Source: Candidatus Omnitrophota bacterium
GTDB taxonomy: Bacteria > Omnitrophota > Gorgyraeia > Gygaellales > Profunditerraquicolaceae
Reading direction: 5' to 3'
Length of the DNA: 64,000 nucleotides
NCBI GenBank assembly: GCA_041663665.1
Contig: JBAYMG010000001.1
Span: forward strand, 129,482 to 193,481
Made by a program: the position numbers and the translations under genes. Below, piece by piece: positions 37,872-47,886 of the stretch; positions within the stretch are counted from its first letter, which is position 1; every line of letters starts with the position of its first letter. The notes under the pieces were generated by a model. That model was not told the origin of the DNA, did not search any database, and saw only the letters and a list, made by a program, of their open reading frames with translations.

Positions 37872-39839
37872 ATGAAAAATAGAGTTTTAGGCTTTGCGAT
37901 GATGTCAATTTTGTTTATTTTTAATCAGAGTTGGGCGGATGAAACACAAACCGTAAAAATTGAGCAAGAGCCGATAGCGGATACTGAAGAGACAGAGCCT
38001 CCTGCTCTTAAATACGATTTGGGTAATGTGATTGTTTCGGCTACTAAAACCGAAACCTATCAAGCTGAAATCGGAAGTTCGACCACTGTGATTACGGCCG
38101 ATGATATTAAGAAAACTGGTAAGCGCACTGTTGAAGCTGTTCTGCGGGATGTTCCCGGCCTTGCCGTTATGCAAAGCGGCACGCTTGGAGGCCAGACTTC
38201 TGTCTATTTGCGTGGCGCGAAACCAGGGCAAACGCTGGTGATGATTGATGGGGTCGAAGTTAACGATTCGATATCCGTTGATCGCTCTTTTGATTTTGCT
38301 CATTTGATAGTAGATAATATTGAACGTATTGAGATCGTCCGCGGTCCACAATCAACACTTTATGGTTCTGACGCGATGGCGGGTGTAATTAATATTATTA
38401 CCAAGAGAGGAACGGGTGAGCCTAAGCTCGAAGGTTATTTTGAGGGCGGTTCGCACAATACTTTCAGGGAAAATTTTGGATTAAGCGGTATTGCCGTGGA
38501 TAAATTTGATTATTCATTTTCGGCTACACGTCTGGATTCTGAGAGTATATCTGATGCGGCAGGCGGTTCGGAAAACGACCCATATCATAATTTGACCCTT
38601 TCTTCAAGAATGGGATATAAAATCCTTGATAATGCTGAGGTAAGTTTGACTGCTCGTTATACGGATGCAAAGAAATCTATCGACACCTCTTCAAATAATT
38701 ATCCGTACGCTTTGATTGATATGCAGAATTATACCTCTTGGTCAAAAGACCTTGCTACCAAATTTTCTTTTGATCATTCGATAAATTCATGGTGGGCGCA
38801 TACATTATCTTTTTCTTATCATGATATACGCCGAAAAGATAAGAAAGAATGGGATTCGGTAAATTTGGATAATGTCAATGATTGGTATAAAGGCGATAAT
38901 AAGAAGGTGGAGTGGCAGCATAATTTCTCTCCCGTAAAATGGAATATTTTGACCGCGGGTCTTGAATATGAAAATGAAACTGGTTCTTCTTATTATTATT
39001 CAGATACATATGGCCCCTGGGTTGACAAACAGGATAGAAAAAGCGTTGATAACATGGGTTATTATCTCCAAGATCAGCTTAAAGTCTGGGACAAGCTTTT
39101 TATCACGCCTGGAATAAGAATTGACGACCATGAACTTTTCGGCACGAAAACCACCTACAAAATATCTACAGCGTATTTGATTCCTCAGACAGGAACCCGA
39201 CTAAAGGCAAACTGGGGGACTGGATTTAAGGCCCCGTCTATTTATCAACTTTATTCAAATTATGGAAATCCTAGCCTTAAGCCGGATGAAAGCAGAAGCT
39301 ATGACTTTGGGTTTGAGCAAAGTTTTCTCAAGGATAAGCTATCTTTTGATTTGACGTATTTCCATAATGATTTTAAGAATATGGTTGATTTCGATCTGGA
39401 TCCAGCCTCGCCTACTTATTACAAATACATTAATATCGGTAAAGCAACAACTAAGGGTTTTGAATTCGGAACAAAATTCCTGCCGATTGATACCCTTACG
39501 CTTGCCGCTAATTATACCTATACTTATACCGAGAATAAAGAGACAGGCCAGCAGCTATTGAGGCGCCCTAAAAGCCAGGTTAATTTTGACGCCAATTGGG
39601 TTTTTCTGCCTAACGCTAATCTTGATTTTGGAGCGAATTATTTGGGCAGCCGTAAAGATAGCGGCTATATCACTGATAAATCTTATACTATTTTCCGTAT
39701 GGCAGCCTCTTACGATATAACGAAGAACTTCCAGATTTTCGGTAGAATAGAGAATCTCTTTGATAAGAAATATCAGGAAGTTAACGGTTATGGAACTTTG
39801 GGTCGCTCATTCTACGGAGGAGTTAAGGCGAAATTCTAA
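37872..39839 (+). CDS. btuB: TonB-dependent outer-membrane receptor (BtuB-like)
   Basis: Start set at ATG 37872 after GGAGGAG. Signal peptide, plug domain, beta-barrel, C-terminal ...GGVKAKF. Confidence 0.85.
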   Translation: MKNRVLGFAMMSILFIFNQSWADETQTVKIEQEPIADTEETEPPALKYDLGNVIVSATKTETYQAEIGSSTTVITADDIKKTGKRTVEAVLRDVPGLAVMQSGTLGGQTSVYLRGAKPGQTLVMIDGVEVNDSISVDRSFDFAHLIVDNIERIEIVRGPQSTLYGSDAMAGVINIITKRGTGEPKLEGYFEGGSHNTFRENFGLSGIAVDKFDYSFSATRLDSESISDAAGGSENDPYHNLTLSSRMGYKILDNAEVSLTARYTDAKKSIDTSSNNYPYALIDMQNYTSWSKDLATKFSFDHSINSWWAHTLSFSYHDIRRKDKKEWDSVNLDNVNDWYKGDNKKVEWQHNFSPVKWNILTAGLEYENETGSSYYYSDTYGPWVDKQDRKSVDNMGYYLQDQLKVWDKLFITPGIRIDDHELFGTKTTYKISTAYLIPQTGTRLKANWGTGFKAPSIYQLYSNYGNPSLKPDESRSYDFGFEQSFLKDKLSFDLTYFHNDFKNMVDFDLDPASPTYYKYINIGKATTKGFEFGTKFLPIDTLTLAANYTYTYTENKETGQQLLRRPKSQVNFDANWVFLPNANLDFGANYLGSRKDSGYITDKSYTIFRMAASYDITKNFQIFGRIENLFDKKYQEVNGYGTLGRSFYGGVKAKF

Positions 39840-39846
39840 AAAAGCT

Positions 39847-39877
39847 GGAGGGCGGGATAATTTTTCTCCCGCCCTCT
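39847..39877 (+). terminator. GC-rich stem-loop between btuB and exbB (attenuator/terminator-like)
   Basis: ggagggcggga-taatttttc-tcccgccctc. No downstream U tract; T5 lies in the loop. Confidence 0.35.
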
Positions 39878-39897
39878 CTAAACAGGAGAGATAGAAG

Positions 39898-40491
39898 ATG
39901 TTTGATTTATTTTTAAAGGGCGGCCCCCTGATGTGGCCGATACTGTTATGTTCAATAGTATCTATTACAATTATTTTAGAGCGTTATTATTGTTTTTATC
40001 GTGCAAGAATAAGATTCCCTAATATTGTTTCCCGGGTAAAGGCTCTGTTGAGGGACGGGAAAGCAGGCGAAGTTCTAAAACTTTGTGAAAGGACGCCCGG
40101 GCCTATCGCCCATATTTTGGCTGTTGGAATTCATGTCCGTGATAGGAGCCCAGAAGAAAAAGAGAGATTAATCTCTCGGGCCGGATCTAAAATCATCCGG
40201 CAGCTGGATAAACATTTGCGGGGCTTAGCAGTTATCGTTAATGCTTCTACATTATTAGGGCTCTTGGGCACGGTTACGGGGATGATTAAGGCTTTCATGA
40301 AGATCCAGGATCTTGGAGGCAGAGTAGATGCCTCAGTTTTAGCCGGAGGTATTTGGGAAGCATTGATTACCACTGCGGCAGGTCTATTTGTTGCCATACC
40401 GACCATGATTGCTTATCACTATTTTGAAGGGAAAGTTGATAATATCAGTGCTCAGATGAAAGATGCGGCGACTGAATTATTGGAGGCGTGA
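39898..40491 (+). CDS. exbB: MotA/TolQ/ExbB proton-channel protein
   Basis: 197 aa, 3 TM. ...LGLLGTVTGMIKAF... Confidence 0.85.
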   Translation: MFDLFLKGGPLMWPILLCSIVSITIILERYYCFYRARIRFPNIVSRVKALLRDGKAGEVLKLCERTPGPIAHILAVGIHVRDRSPEEKERLISRAGSKIIRQLDKHLRGLAVIVNASTLLGLLGTVTGMIKAFMKIQDLGGRVDASVLAGGIWEALITTAAGLFVAIPTMIAYHYFEGKVDNISAQMKDAATELLEA

Positions 40492-40901
40492 TGGAGTTCG
40501 AAGGGAGAAAAAAAATAAGCACTGATTTGAATATTGCCCCATTGATTGACGTGGTCTTTCAGCTTCTCTTGTTTTTTATGCTTACGGCAAATTTTGTCAC
40601 TCAGCCGGGGATAAAATTGTCCTTGCCTTCCGCAGTGTCTTCAAAGCCTAATCAGGAGGAAGGTGTCGTCGTTTTTATCACTAAGGATAACGAATTATAT
40701 TTGAATCAAACAAAAGTATCCTTGGAGGGGCTTTTGGCGGAGTTAAAGCCCAAGATCCTTGTGGCCAAAAATAAAACGGTTGTTATCAAGGCTGACGAAA
40801 AAATTAATTTAGGGCTGGCGGTGAAAGTTATGGATATCGCCAAGCAGGCTGAGGCCGAAGGCGTGGTTATCTCGACCAAGATGGAAAAAGATGCTAAATG
40901 A
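40488..40901 (+). CDS. exbD: Biopolymer transport protein ExbD/TolR
   Basis: 137 aa, single TM. INIAPLIDVVFQLLLFFM motif. Confidence 0.85.
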   Translation: MMEFEGRKKISTDLNIAPLIDVVFQLLLFFMLTANFVTQPGIKLSLPSAVSSKPNQEEGVVVFITKDNELYLNQTKVSLEGLLAELKPKILVAKNKTVVIKADEKINLGLAVKVMDIAKQAEAEGVVISTKMEKDAK

Positions 40902-41535
40902 TAAAGTAATCAGGATAGCTCTTTTGATTTCTCTGGCTGGTCATTGTTTGTTTTTGGGCTCATCGGGATTTAGTTTTCGTCTGCCTCAGTATGAAAATCA
41001 ACCGGAAGCTAAAGAGCTCACGGTTGATGTTGAAATAGACAGGTCTGCGCTTTTGCCGAAAATAGATATTATGGGGCAGGAAAAGAAGTTTAAGGAAGTT
41101 AAGCAGAAGCTGGAACATCCGAAACCGGAACTTAAGCCACATCCCCTGCCGGAACAGATAGCCGTGCAGCAGACTCTTCAGGAGCGTATTGAGGAGAAAG
41201 TAGATGTTGTTAATCCCGACAAGGAGGCAATGTTTCGTTATCAGGATATGGTAAAGCAGAGGATAGAACAGGCAAGGATATATCCCTTATGGGCTAAGAA
41301 GCATGGGATGGAAGGAATAACGCATTTATACTTTACCATTTTACCCAGCGGTATAGGGCAGGATATAAAGATAATACATTCATCCGGCTCAATCATCCTA
41401 GATGAGGAGGCGGTTGCCACTGTAAAGAGGGCAAGCCCTTTTCATCCTGTGCCTGGAGAAATTAACAGCTCTTCTGTAGGGATGGAAGTTGCGATTGTTT
41501 TTTCCTTGAGTAAAAACTATAGACGGTGTAGGTAA
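40891..41535 (+). CDS. tonB: Energy transducer TonB
   Basis: N-terminal TM, Pro/Lys/Glu-rich spacer, TonB_C fold (YPLWAKKHGMEGITHLYFTILPSG). Confidence 0.75.
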   Translation: MLNDKVIRIALLISLAGHCLFLGSSGFSFRLPQYENQPEAKELTVDVEIDRSALLPKIDIMGQEKKFKEVKQKLEHPKPELKPHPLPEQIAVQQTLQERIEEKVDVVNPDKEAMFRYQDMVKQRIEQARIYPLWAKKHGMEGITHLYFTILPSGIGQDIKIIHSSGSIILDEEAVATVKRASPFHPVPGEINSSSVGMEVAIVFSLSKNYRRCR

Positions 41536-41597
41536 CCTGTATTTTATGGTTAGTTCCAATTTCTTGCCAGATTATCCTCCCCATGATAAAATAAGCC

Positions 41598-42296
41598 ATG
41601 CGAACTGATCATTTATTACGTTATACATTGGTGGCTTCGTTCCTTGTCCATGGTATGATTGTTTTTCAATCTCCTCGTTTCAATCCTTTTTCTCCTGTGC
41701 CAAAAGCCCAGAAGATGGAAGTGCGTTATGTTAAAGATAATCCGGAAACCAGAATACTGCCTAAGAATCAATTTAAGCTTGATATGCAAAAGCGTATTTC
41801 TAAACAGGACCATTTTTTAAAGCTAGATTCTAAAATTATTAACGCCAGAAGTATTCCTCCTCCTTATGTTGAAGAAGGAAAAAGAAGCAAGGCCTTGCCG
41901 GAAAGCTTTTCGGAATTGCCTAAACCTTCTTTTGCGGCACCGGATTTAATGATTATCAAAAAGAAAATTACCTTGCCGCCAATTGAAATGGCTAGAATTG
42001 ATAATCCAAGCTATATAAGTTATTATCAGATTGTCCGGGAGAAGATTCGTCGCAGTGTTTACCAAAGTTATTCTCAGAATCAGACAGGCGAGGTTTATGT
42101 CTCATTTATTATTTCCAATGACGGTTATATCAAGGGTGTACGTTTAATTGAGGATAAGACAACTGCCAGTGATTACCTTAAGAATATTGCTTTAAAAAGC
42201 GTAAAAGATGCCTCACCATTTCCTAACTTTCCAAAAGAGCTGGACTATCCTCAGCTTTCTTTCAATATAATTATCTCTTTCGAAATAGAAAATTAA
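41598..42296 (+). CDS. TonB-family C-terminal domain protein (second TonB paralogue)
   Basis: N-terminal TM. C-terminal TonB_C-like ...GEVYVSFIISNDGYIKGVRLIEDKT... Confidence 0.65.
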   Translation: MRTDHLLRYTLVASFLVHGMIVFQSPRFNPFSPVPKAQKMEVRYVKDNPETRILPKNQFKLDMQKRISKQDHFLKLDSKIINARSIPPPYVEEGKRSKALPESFSELPKPSFAAPDLMIIKKKITLPPIEMARIDNPSYISYYQIVREKIRRSVYQSYSQNQTGEVYVSFIISNDGYIKGVRLIEDKTTASDYLKNIALKSVKDASPFPNFPKELDYPQLSFNIIISFEIEN

Positions 42297-42302
42297 AGTT
42301 AA

Positions 42303-42359
42303 AATCGGGGACGCTCCTATTTATTTTAGTCAAAAATAAATAGGAGCGTCCCCGATTTA
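42303..42359. terminator. 25-bp perfect inverted repeat (7-nt loop); probable terminator
   Basis: aaatcggggacgctcctatttattt-tagtcaa-aaataaataggagcgtccccgattt. Confidence 0.55.
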
Positions 42360-42387
42360 ATGGCTTACTAATTGTCCTCTGATTTTA

Positions 42388-42416
42388 TTGACACTCATTT
42401 AAAAGGGTGGTATATT
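42388..42416 (+). promoter_or_regulatory. Consensus sigma70 promoter for rpsU (TTGACA-17-TATATT)
   Basis: TTGACA 42388-93, 17-nt spacer, TATATT 42411-16. Confidence 0.6.
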
Positions 42417-42445
42417 AAATACTTCAAAATTTAGCATGAAAGGAG

Positions 42446-42619
42446 ATGATCAGATTGACACAAGTTGAAATCAAAAAAGACGAATCATTTGAGTCTGCTT
42501 TACGCCGGTTCAAGAAGAAAATTGAGCAGGAAGGCATTCTGCGCGAAGTCCGCGACCGTAAGCATTACGAAAAACCCAGTGAGCGTAAAAGAAAGAAAGC
42601 TAAGTCTACTAGAAAATAA
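42446..42619 (+). CDS. rpsU: 30S ribosomal protein S21
   Basis: Not in the ORF track: (MIR)[54 protein letters not shown]. Start could be ATG 42446 or TTG 42455; the TTG has better SD spacing from AAAGGAG. Confidence 0.88.
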   Translation: MIRLTQVEIKKDESFESALRRFKKKIEQEGILREVRDRKHYEKPSERKRKKAKSTRK

Positions 42620-42628
42620 CTAAAGTTT

Positions 42629-43459
42629 ATGATGGAGCAAACTAAACTGCGTAAGCCGATTGCAGCCGGACAGTTCTATCCGTCAGATGCTAAAAACCTA
42701 AAGGGCGTGATCTCCGATTTTTCAGATAAAGATAAGGTATTACAGAAAAAGGAGGTTATTGGGGCTATTCTGCCACACGCCGGTTACGTTTATTCGGGCC
42801 AGGTTGCTGTTGCGACAGTTTCAGGAATAGATATTAAAGACAATGTAGTTATGTTGGGCCCAAACCATACGGGATTGGGCTTGACTTTTAGTGTTATGCC
42901 AAATGGGGTATGGCAGACTCCATTTGGTAATGTAAAAATTAATCAAGAAATAGTAAAATTGTTCTTAAATAAGTCTCAGTATCTGGTAGCCGATGCAGCT
43001 GCGCATCAGGATGAACATTCGCTGGAAGTAGAGCTTCCGATACTGCAATATTTTAAGCGTAATTTTAAAATTATTCCCATTGCGATTAAGACTTTTAATT
43101 TGTCTTTGCTTAAAGGTTTAGCCATCGAGTTGGCAGATGTAATTAATACTCAGCATCTTAAATCATCAACAATTTTTATTGCCAGCTCAGATATGACTCA
43201 TTATGAGTCGGAAGAAGTTGCCCGGAAAAAAGACGCGCAAGCCATTGAAGCTATAGTTGCTTTAGATGAAGACAGATTAGAAAAGATCGTTAAGGCTTTA
43301 GATGTATCGATGTGCGGTTTTGCTCCAATAGCAGTCTTAATCAAAACTGCTAAGCTGCTTGGGGCAAAGGGGGCAGAGCTAATTAAATATCAAACAAGCG
43401 GTCAAACCAGCGGCGATTTAAGCAGCGTTGTTGGTTATGCCGGAATCACAATCTATTAA
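42629..43459 (+). CDS. MEMO1-family protein (AmmeMemoRadiSam system protein B-like)
   Basis: ...ILPHAGYVYSG... hallmark. 276 aa. Confidence 0.75.
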   Translation: MMEQTKLRKPIAAGQFYPSDAKNLKGVISDFSDKDKVLQKKEVIGAILPHAGYVYSGQVAVATVSGIDIKDNVVMLGPNHTGLGLTFSVMPNGVWQTPFGNVKINQEIVKLFLNKSQYLVADAAAHQDEHSLEVELPILQYFKRNFKIIPIAIKTFNLSLLKGLAIELADVINTQHLKSSTIFIASSDMTHYESEEVARKKDAQAIEAIVALDEDRLEKIVKALDVSMCGFAPIAVLIKTAKLLGAKGAELIKYQTSGQTSGDLSSVVGYAGITIY

Positions 43460-43462
43460 AAC

Positions 43463-43849
43463 ATGGACGATATAAATAAAACAGAAGGCAATGGTTTGCC
43501 TGCTAGTGGGCAAAATCAGAAAAAGGTTGACCAGGGCTGGAAAGATAATGTTGAAAAAGAGAAGCTTGAACCTCAGGAAAAAGAAACTTTTGTTCCTCCG
43601 GAGCCGGATTTTAAGTTTTTTATTACTACTTTAACTTTACAGGCTTCAATTGCTTTGGGGCATATGGCAAATCCTTCAACCGGTAAAACAGAAAAGGATT
43701 TAATCCAGGCGAAATTCCTGATTGATACATTATCAATGCTCCAGGAAAAAACCAAAGGTAATTTAGTAAAAGAAGAGTCGGATTTATTAGAAAATTTGCT
43801 TTATGAGTTAAGGACCTCCTATTTGGCTATAAGCGGTGAAGTTAAATGA
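43463..43849 (+). CDS. DUF1844-like hypothetical protein
   Basis: FKFFITTLTLQASIALG...TGKTEKDLIQAKFLIDTLSMLQEKTKGNL...LLYELRTSY matches the DUF1844 pattern as I recall it. Confidence 0.55.
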   Translation: MDDINKTEGNGLPASGQNQKKVDQGWKDNVEKEKLEPQEKETFVPPEPDFKFFITTLTLQASIALGHMANPSTGKTEKDLIQAKFLIDTLSMLQEKTKGNLVKEESDLLENLLYELRTSYLAISGEVK

Positions 43850-43998
43850 TCGATAAAGAATTGCTTGATATCTTAGCTTGCCCGGCTTGTAAAGCTGATG
43901 TGAAGCTTGTGAACAATCAAATTGTCTGTAAAAAATGCGGAAAAAAGTATCCGGTTCGTGACGGGGTTCCGATAATGTTGGTTGACGAGTCGCAATGA
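43846..43998 (+). CDS. Trm112-like (UPF0434) small zinc-ribbon protein
   Basis: Not in track (50 aa): [53 protein letters not shown] overlaps the upstream stop; its own stop overlaps the aroQ start. Confidence 0.75.
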   Translation: MIDKELLDILACPACKADVKLVNNQIVCKKCGKKYPVRDGVPIMLVDESQ

Positions 43999-44429
43999 TT
44001 AAAATCTTAGTTATTCATGGCCCTAATTTAAATCTTTTGGGAACCCGGGAGCCGCAGGTTTATGGGTTGATAACTTTAGATAAAATCAACCAAATGCTTA
44101 AGAGTCAGGCTAAAAAATCCAAAGCCGCTTTAACTATTAAACAATCAAATCACGAAGGCCAGATTGTAGATTTTATCGGGCGAGCTAAAAAAAATAAATT
44201 TCAAGGTATTTTAATCAATCCCGCAGCTTATACTCATACTAGTGTGGCTATACGTGATGCTGTGGCTGCTTGCGGATTAGCTGTTGTTGAGGTCCATCTT
44301 TCCAATATTTATTCCCGCGAGGAGTTTAGGCATAAGTCTTTAATTAGTCCGGTAGCCAGCGGTACAATCCTGGGGTTTGGGGCTAAAAGTTATTTACTTG
44401 GGCTGGCCGCTCTTTTGGATTTAATCTAA
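43995..44429 (+). CDS. aroQ: 3-dehydroquinate dehydratase type II
   Basis: [20 protein letters not shown]... Confidence 0.92.
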   Translation: MIKILVIHGPNLNLLGTREPQVYGLITLDKINQMLKSQAKKSKAALTIKQSNHEGQIVDFIGRAKKNKFQGILINPAAYTHTSVAIRDAVAACGLAVVEVHLSNIYSREEFRHKSLISPVASGTILGFGAKSYLLGLAALLDLI

Positions 44430-44435
44430 GGCAAA

Positions 44436-45497
44436 ATGAATTCCCGATTAACCAGCATACATCTTGCGTTAAAACAAAGAAAACTGGATGCTTTGCTTGT
44501 TTCTCTCCCGGCAAATATATCTTACCTGACGCAGTCAGAAAGCCGTGATGCTTATCTGCTGGTTTCCTTAAAACAAAATATTTATTTTACAGATTCCCGT
44601 TACACTGAAGAAGCCAGGATCTTTTTAAAAGATAATGCTAAACTTAAAGAGTGTAATGGTTCTGTTTTTCAGTATATTGCCGAAGCCATTCATAAGTTGG
44701 GTTTGGTTAATGTTGGTATGGAGGGAAGGTATCTGCCGTTTTTAGAATTTAGTAAGATTAATGAGTTTTCAAAAGGAAAGTTTAATTTAATTTCAACTCA
44801 CTCAATAGTTGAAGATAAACGGATTATTAAAGACGCCGGGGAAATTATTAAATTGCGTAAAGCAGCTCAAATTACTGCCAGCGCTTTGGAATATGCTAAG
44901 CAGTTTCTTGTTCCCGGAATAAGAGAGATAGAAGTTGTTGCTGAACTTGAGCGTTTTATCCGGTATCAAGGAGCAAAGGGGCCTTCTTTTGATATAATTG
45001 TTGCTTCCGGGCCGAATTCCAGCCAGCCGCATCATCTCTCGGGCCAGCGAAAGTTAGAGAATAATGAGCCTGTGCTTATTGATTTTGGTGTTAACTATCA
45101 AGGTTATAAATCAGACTTGACAAGGGTTTTGTTTTTGGGTAAAATAACTGTTCTTGCACGTAGGGTTTATGACATTGTTCTTAAGGCTCAGGAATTAGCA
45201 ATTAAAAGGATCTCCCCAGGTGTAGAAATGGCTCTAATTGATAGGGTTGCACGGGAGTATATCGCTAAAAAAGGGTATGCTAAGCATTTTACCCATAACT
45301 TAGGCCATGGTTTTGGCCTGGAGATTCATGAAAGTCCGTCTATTTCCGGTAGAGAAGCTAGCGCGGTTAGGCCGGGAATGTCTTTTACGGTGGAACCGGG
45401 AATATACTTGCCTGGTAAATTTGGGATAAGAATTGAGGACATGATTTTAGTAACAAAAACAGGAAGCGAGGTCTTAGGTGGCTCTATCAATAAATGA
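44436..45497 (+). CDS. pepP: Xaa-Pro aminopeptidase / M24 peptidase
   Basis: Creatinase-like N-terminal domain plus M24 domain (HGLGHGFGLEIHE). Confidence 0.85.
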   Translation: MNSRLTSIHLALKQRKLDALLVSLPANISYLTQSESRDAYLLVSLKQNIYFTDSRYTEEARIFLKDNAKLKECNGSVFQYIAEAIHKLGLVNVGMEGRYLPFLEFSKINEFSKGKFNLISTHSIVEDKRIIKDAGEIIKLRKAAQITASALEYAKQFLVPGIREIEVVAELERFIRYQGAKGPSFDIIVASGPNSSQPHHLSGQRKLENNEPVLIDFGVNYQGYKSDLTRVLFLGKITVLARRVYDIVLKAQELAIKRISPGVEMALIDRVAREYIAKKGYAKHFTHNLGHGFGLEIHESPSISGREASAVRPGMSFTVEPGIYLPGKFGIRIEDMILVTKTGSEVLGGSINK

Positions 45498-46044
45498 AAT
45501 TAAATCCGGGGTAACTATTTTAGTCGATGATAATGTTTATATCTGTCTTGATGCGCAGCATGTCAAGCCGGGTAAAGGTGCAGCTTTTGTCCGGGCGCGC
45601 CTGCGTAATATGAAAAACGGCAATATTCAGGAAAAAACTTTCCGCGGAGAAGAAAAGATTGAATCGGCGTTTATCGAAGAACGTAAATTACAATACCAGT
45701 ATTCGAGTGACGGATTGTTCCATTTTATGGATACTGATAACTTTGAAGAGATTGCTATTTCTGAAGAAATTGTCGGGGATAGCGCTAAATTATTGCAAGA
45801 TAACCTGGAGATTCAGGGTTATTTCTATAAAGGCGAGAGCTTATCGGTTACTTTGCCTAATTTTATTGAATTTACTGTTAAGGAAACTGAGCCAGGGTTT
45901 AAGGGTGATTCATCCAAGAGCGGCACTAAGCCGGCTAAGGTTGAAACCGGGGCAACTATTCAGGTTCCTCTATTTATCAATATTGGCGATAAGATTAAAG
46001 TGGATACGCGTACCGGTGGCACCTACGCTGAGAGAATCAATTAA
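45478..46044 (+). CDS. efp: Elongation factor P
   Basis: KPGKGAAFVRARLRN with the modifiable Lys. 188 aa. Confidence 0.93.
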   Translation: MALSINEIKSGVTILVDDNVYICLDAQHVKPGKGAAFVRARLRNMKNGNIQEKTFRGEEKIESAFIEERKLQYQYSSDGLFHFMDTDNFEEIAISEEIVGDSAKLLQDNLEIQGYFYKGESLSVTLPNFIEFTVKETEPGFKGDSSKSGTKPAKVETGATIQVPLFINIGDKIKVDTRTGGTYAERIN

Positions 46045-46056
46045 AAGGAGTTCCTA

Positions 46057-46515
46057 ATGAACATTAAAGAAATTAAGGAATTTATTAATTTGATGAATGA
46101 GAACAGCCTTTCTGAGCTTGAGGTCGAGAAAGATGATATGCGTATTCGGCTTAAGAAAACCCCTAATGGAATCGAAGGTTTTGAGGGGCCGGTAGTTTTT
46201 CAGGGCCAATCAATTGCCGGACAGGCTGCTAAAGCTGGATCTGTACCGGAAACAGAGAAGAAAATTGAAATTAAAACAGTGGAAATCAAGTCTCCGATGG
46301 TTGGTACTTTTTATCGCGCTCCAAATCCGGAAGCTGCTGCTTATGTTGAAGTAGGAACAACGATCGAACCAGGCCAGGTAATTTGTATTATTGAAGCAAT
46401 GAAGTTAATGAATGAGATAAAGTCTGAAATTAAAGGCAAGATACTTGAAATTTTAGTTGATAACGCTGAACCGGTAGAATTCGGCCAGCCATTATTCCTT
46501 ATTGAGCCGCTTTAA
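46057..46515 (+). CDS. accB: Biotin carboxyl carrier protein of acetyl-CoA carboxylase
   Basis: EAMKLMNEI biotinyl-Lys motif. Confidence 0.92.
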   Translation: MNIKEIKEFINLMNENSLSELEVEKDDMRIRLKKTPNGIEGFEGPVVFQGQSIAGQAAKAGSVPETEKKIEIKTVEIKSPMVGTFYRAPNPEAAAYVEVGTTIEPGQVICIIEAMKLMNEIKSEIKGKILEILVDNAEPVEFGQPLFLIEPL

Positions 46516-46524
46516 TAATTAAAG

Positions 46525-47886
46525 ATGTTCTCCAAAATTCTAATTGCTAACCGAGGCGAGATCGCCTTAAGAATAATTCGGGCTTGTCATGAAATGGGCA
46601 TCCGTACTGTGGCTGTCTATTCTCAGGCTGACCGCAACAGCCTGCATGTGCGTTTTGCTGATGAAGCAATTTGCATTGGCCAGGCAGCAAGTAGTAATAG
46701 CTATTTAAATATACCTGCAATTATTAGTGCCGCTGAAATTACCGACGTTGAAGCAATTCATCCGGGTTACGGGTTTCTTGCTGAGAACGCGCATTTTGCC
46801 GAAATATGCGCATCTTGCAAAATTACTTTTATCGGGCCCACTCCTGAGAATATGCGGCTGATGGGTGATAAAATGGCTGCGCGTACTACTATGCAGAAAG
46901 CAGGTTTACCGATTGTTCCGGGAAGCCGTGCGATTATTAAAAATAAAGAAGAAGCGCTGAAGACCGCTAAATTAATTGGTTATCCGGTTATCATCAAAGC
47001 AGCTGCCGGAGGCGGCGGCAAAGGTATGCGTATTTGCCATAATGATTTGACGCTGGTTTCAAGTTTATTGACTGCGCAAACCGAAGCTGAAGCTAATTTT
47101 GGCAATTCCAGCGTTTATATTGAAAAATATATTGAACGTCCCCGCCATATTGAAGTTCAGATTATCGCTGATCGCTCGGGCCACATCGTACAACTTGGTG
47201 AAAGAGACTGCAGCATTCAAAGAAGGCATCAGAAGCTGCTTGAAGAATCGCCATCTCCGGTGGTTGACAGTAAAATGCGCCGTAAATTAGGTGAGTTGGT
47301 TTTAAAAGGAATGAAAACTATCGGTTATGTCAGCTGTGGTACGATTGAATTTTTGCTGGATGAGAAAACCGGAAATTTTTATTTTATGGAGATGAATACG
47401 CGCATCCAGGTTGAACATCCGGTTACCGAGATGGTTACGGGTATTGACCTGATCAAGGAACAGATTAAAGTTGCTAGCGGTGAGAAACTTAAATTTACCC
47501 AGGAGGATATTCAGATTAGAGGAGTTGCCATTGAGTGCCGGATCAATGCTGAAGACCCGGATAATAATTTTATGCCTTCTCCGGGAAAAATTGAAAGCTT
47601 AATTCTCCCCGGAGGGCCGAATGTCCGCGTAGATACACATATTTATGCCGGCTATGAAGTCCCGCCTTATTATGATTCTTTGATCGCTAAACTTATTGTG
47701 CGGGGGAATACCCGTCCGGAAGCAATTAAAACTATGCGCAGGGCACTGTCTGAGTTTCACGTCGGCCCAATTAAAACAACAATACCTTTTCATCTCAAAC
47801 TGATGGATAATCCACTATTTAAAAAAGGCGATATTTCTACGCATTTTGTTCAGGATCTTTTAACAACTGAAGGGAAGACAGAATGA
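46525..47886 (+). CDS. accC: Biotin carboxylase
   Basis: 453 aa ATP-grasp ([20 protein letters not shown]...). Confidence 0.95.
   Translation: MFSKILIANRGEIALRIIRACHEMGIRTVAVYSQADRNSLHVRFADEAICIGQAASSNSYLNIPAIISAAEITDVEAIHPGYGFLAENAHFAEICASCKITFIGPTPENMRLMGDKMAARTTMQKAGLPIVPGSRAIIKNKEEALKTAKLIGYPVIIKAAAGGGGKGMRICHNDLTLVSSLLTAQTEAEANFGNSSVYIEKYIERPRHIEVQIIADRSGHIVQLGERDCSIQRRHQKLLEESPSPVVDSKMRRKLGELVLKGMKTIGYVSCGTIEFLLDEKTGNFYFMEMNTRIQVEHPVTEMVTGIDLIKEQIKVASGEKLKFTQEDIQIRGVAIECRINAEDPDNNFMPSPGKIESLILPGGPNVRVDTHIYAGYEVPPYYDSLIAKLIVRGNTRPEAIKTMRRALSEFHVGPIKTTIPFHLKLMDNPLFKKGDISTHFVQDLLTTEGKTE

Noticed and set aside
45659-46057. 132-aa +strand ORF overlapping efp
   Set aside because: It is an alternative frame of the efp coding region. 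Its basic, repetitive composition is typical of an out-of-frame artefact.
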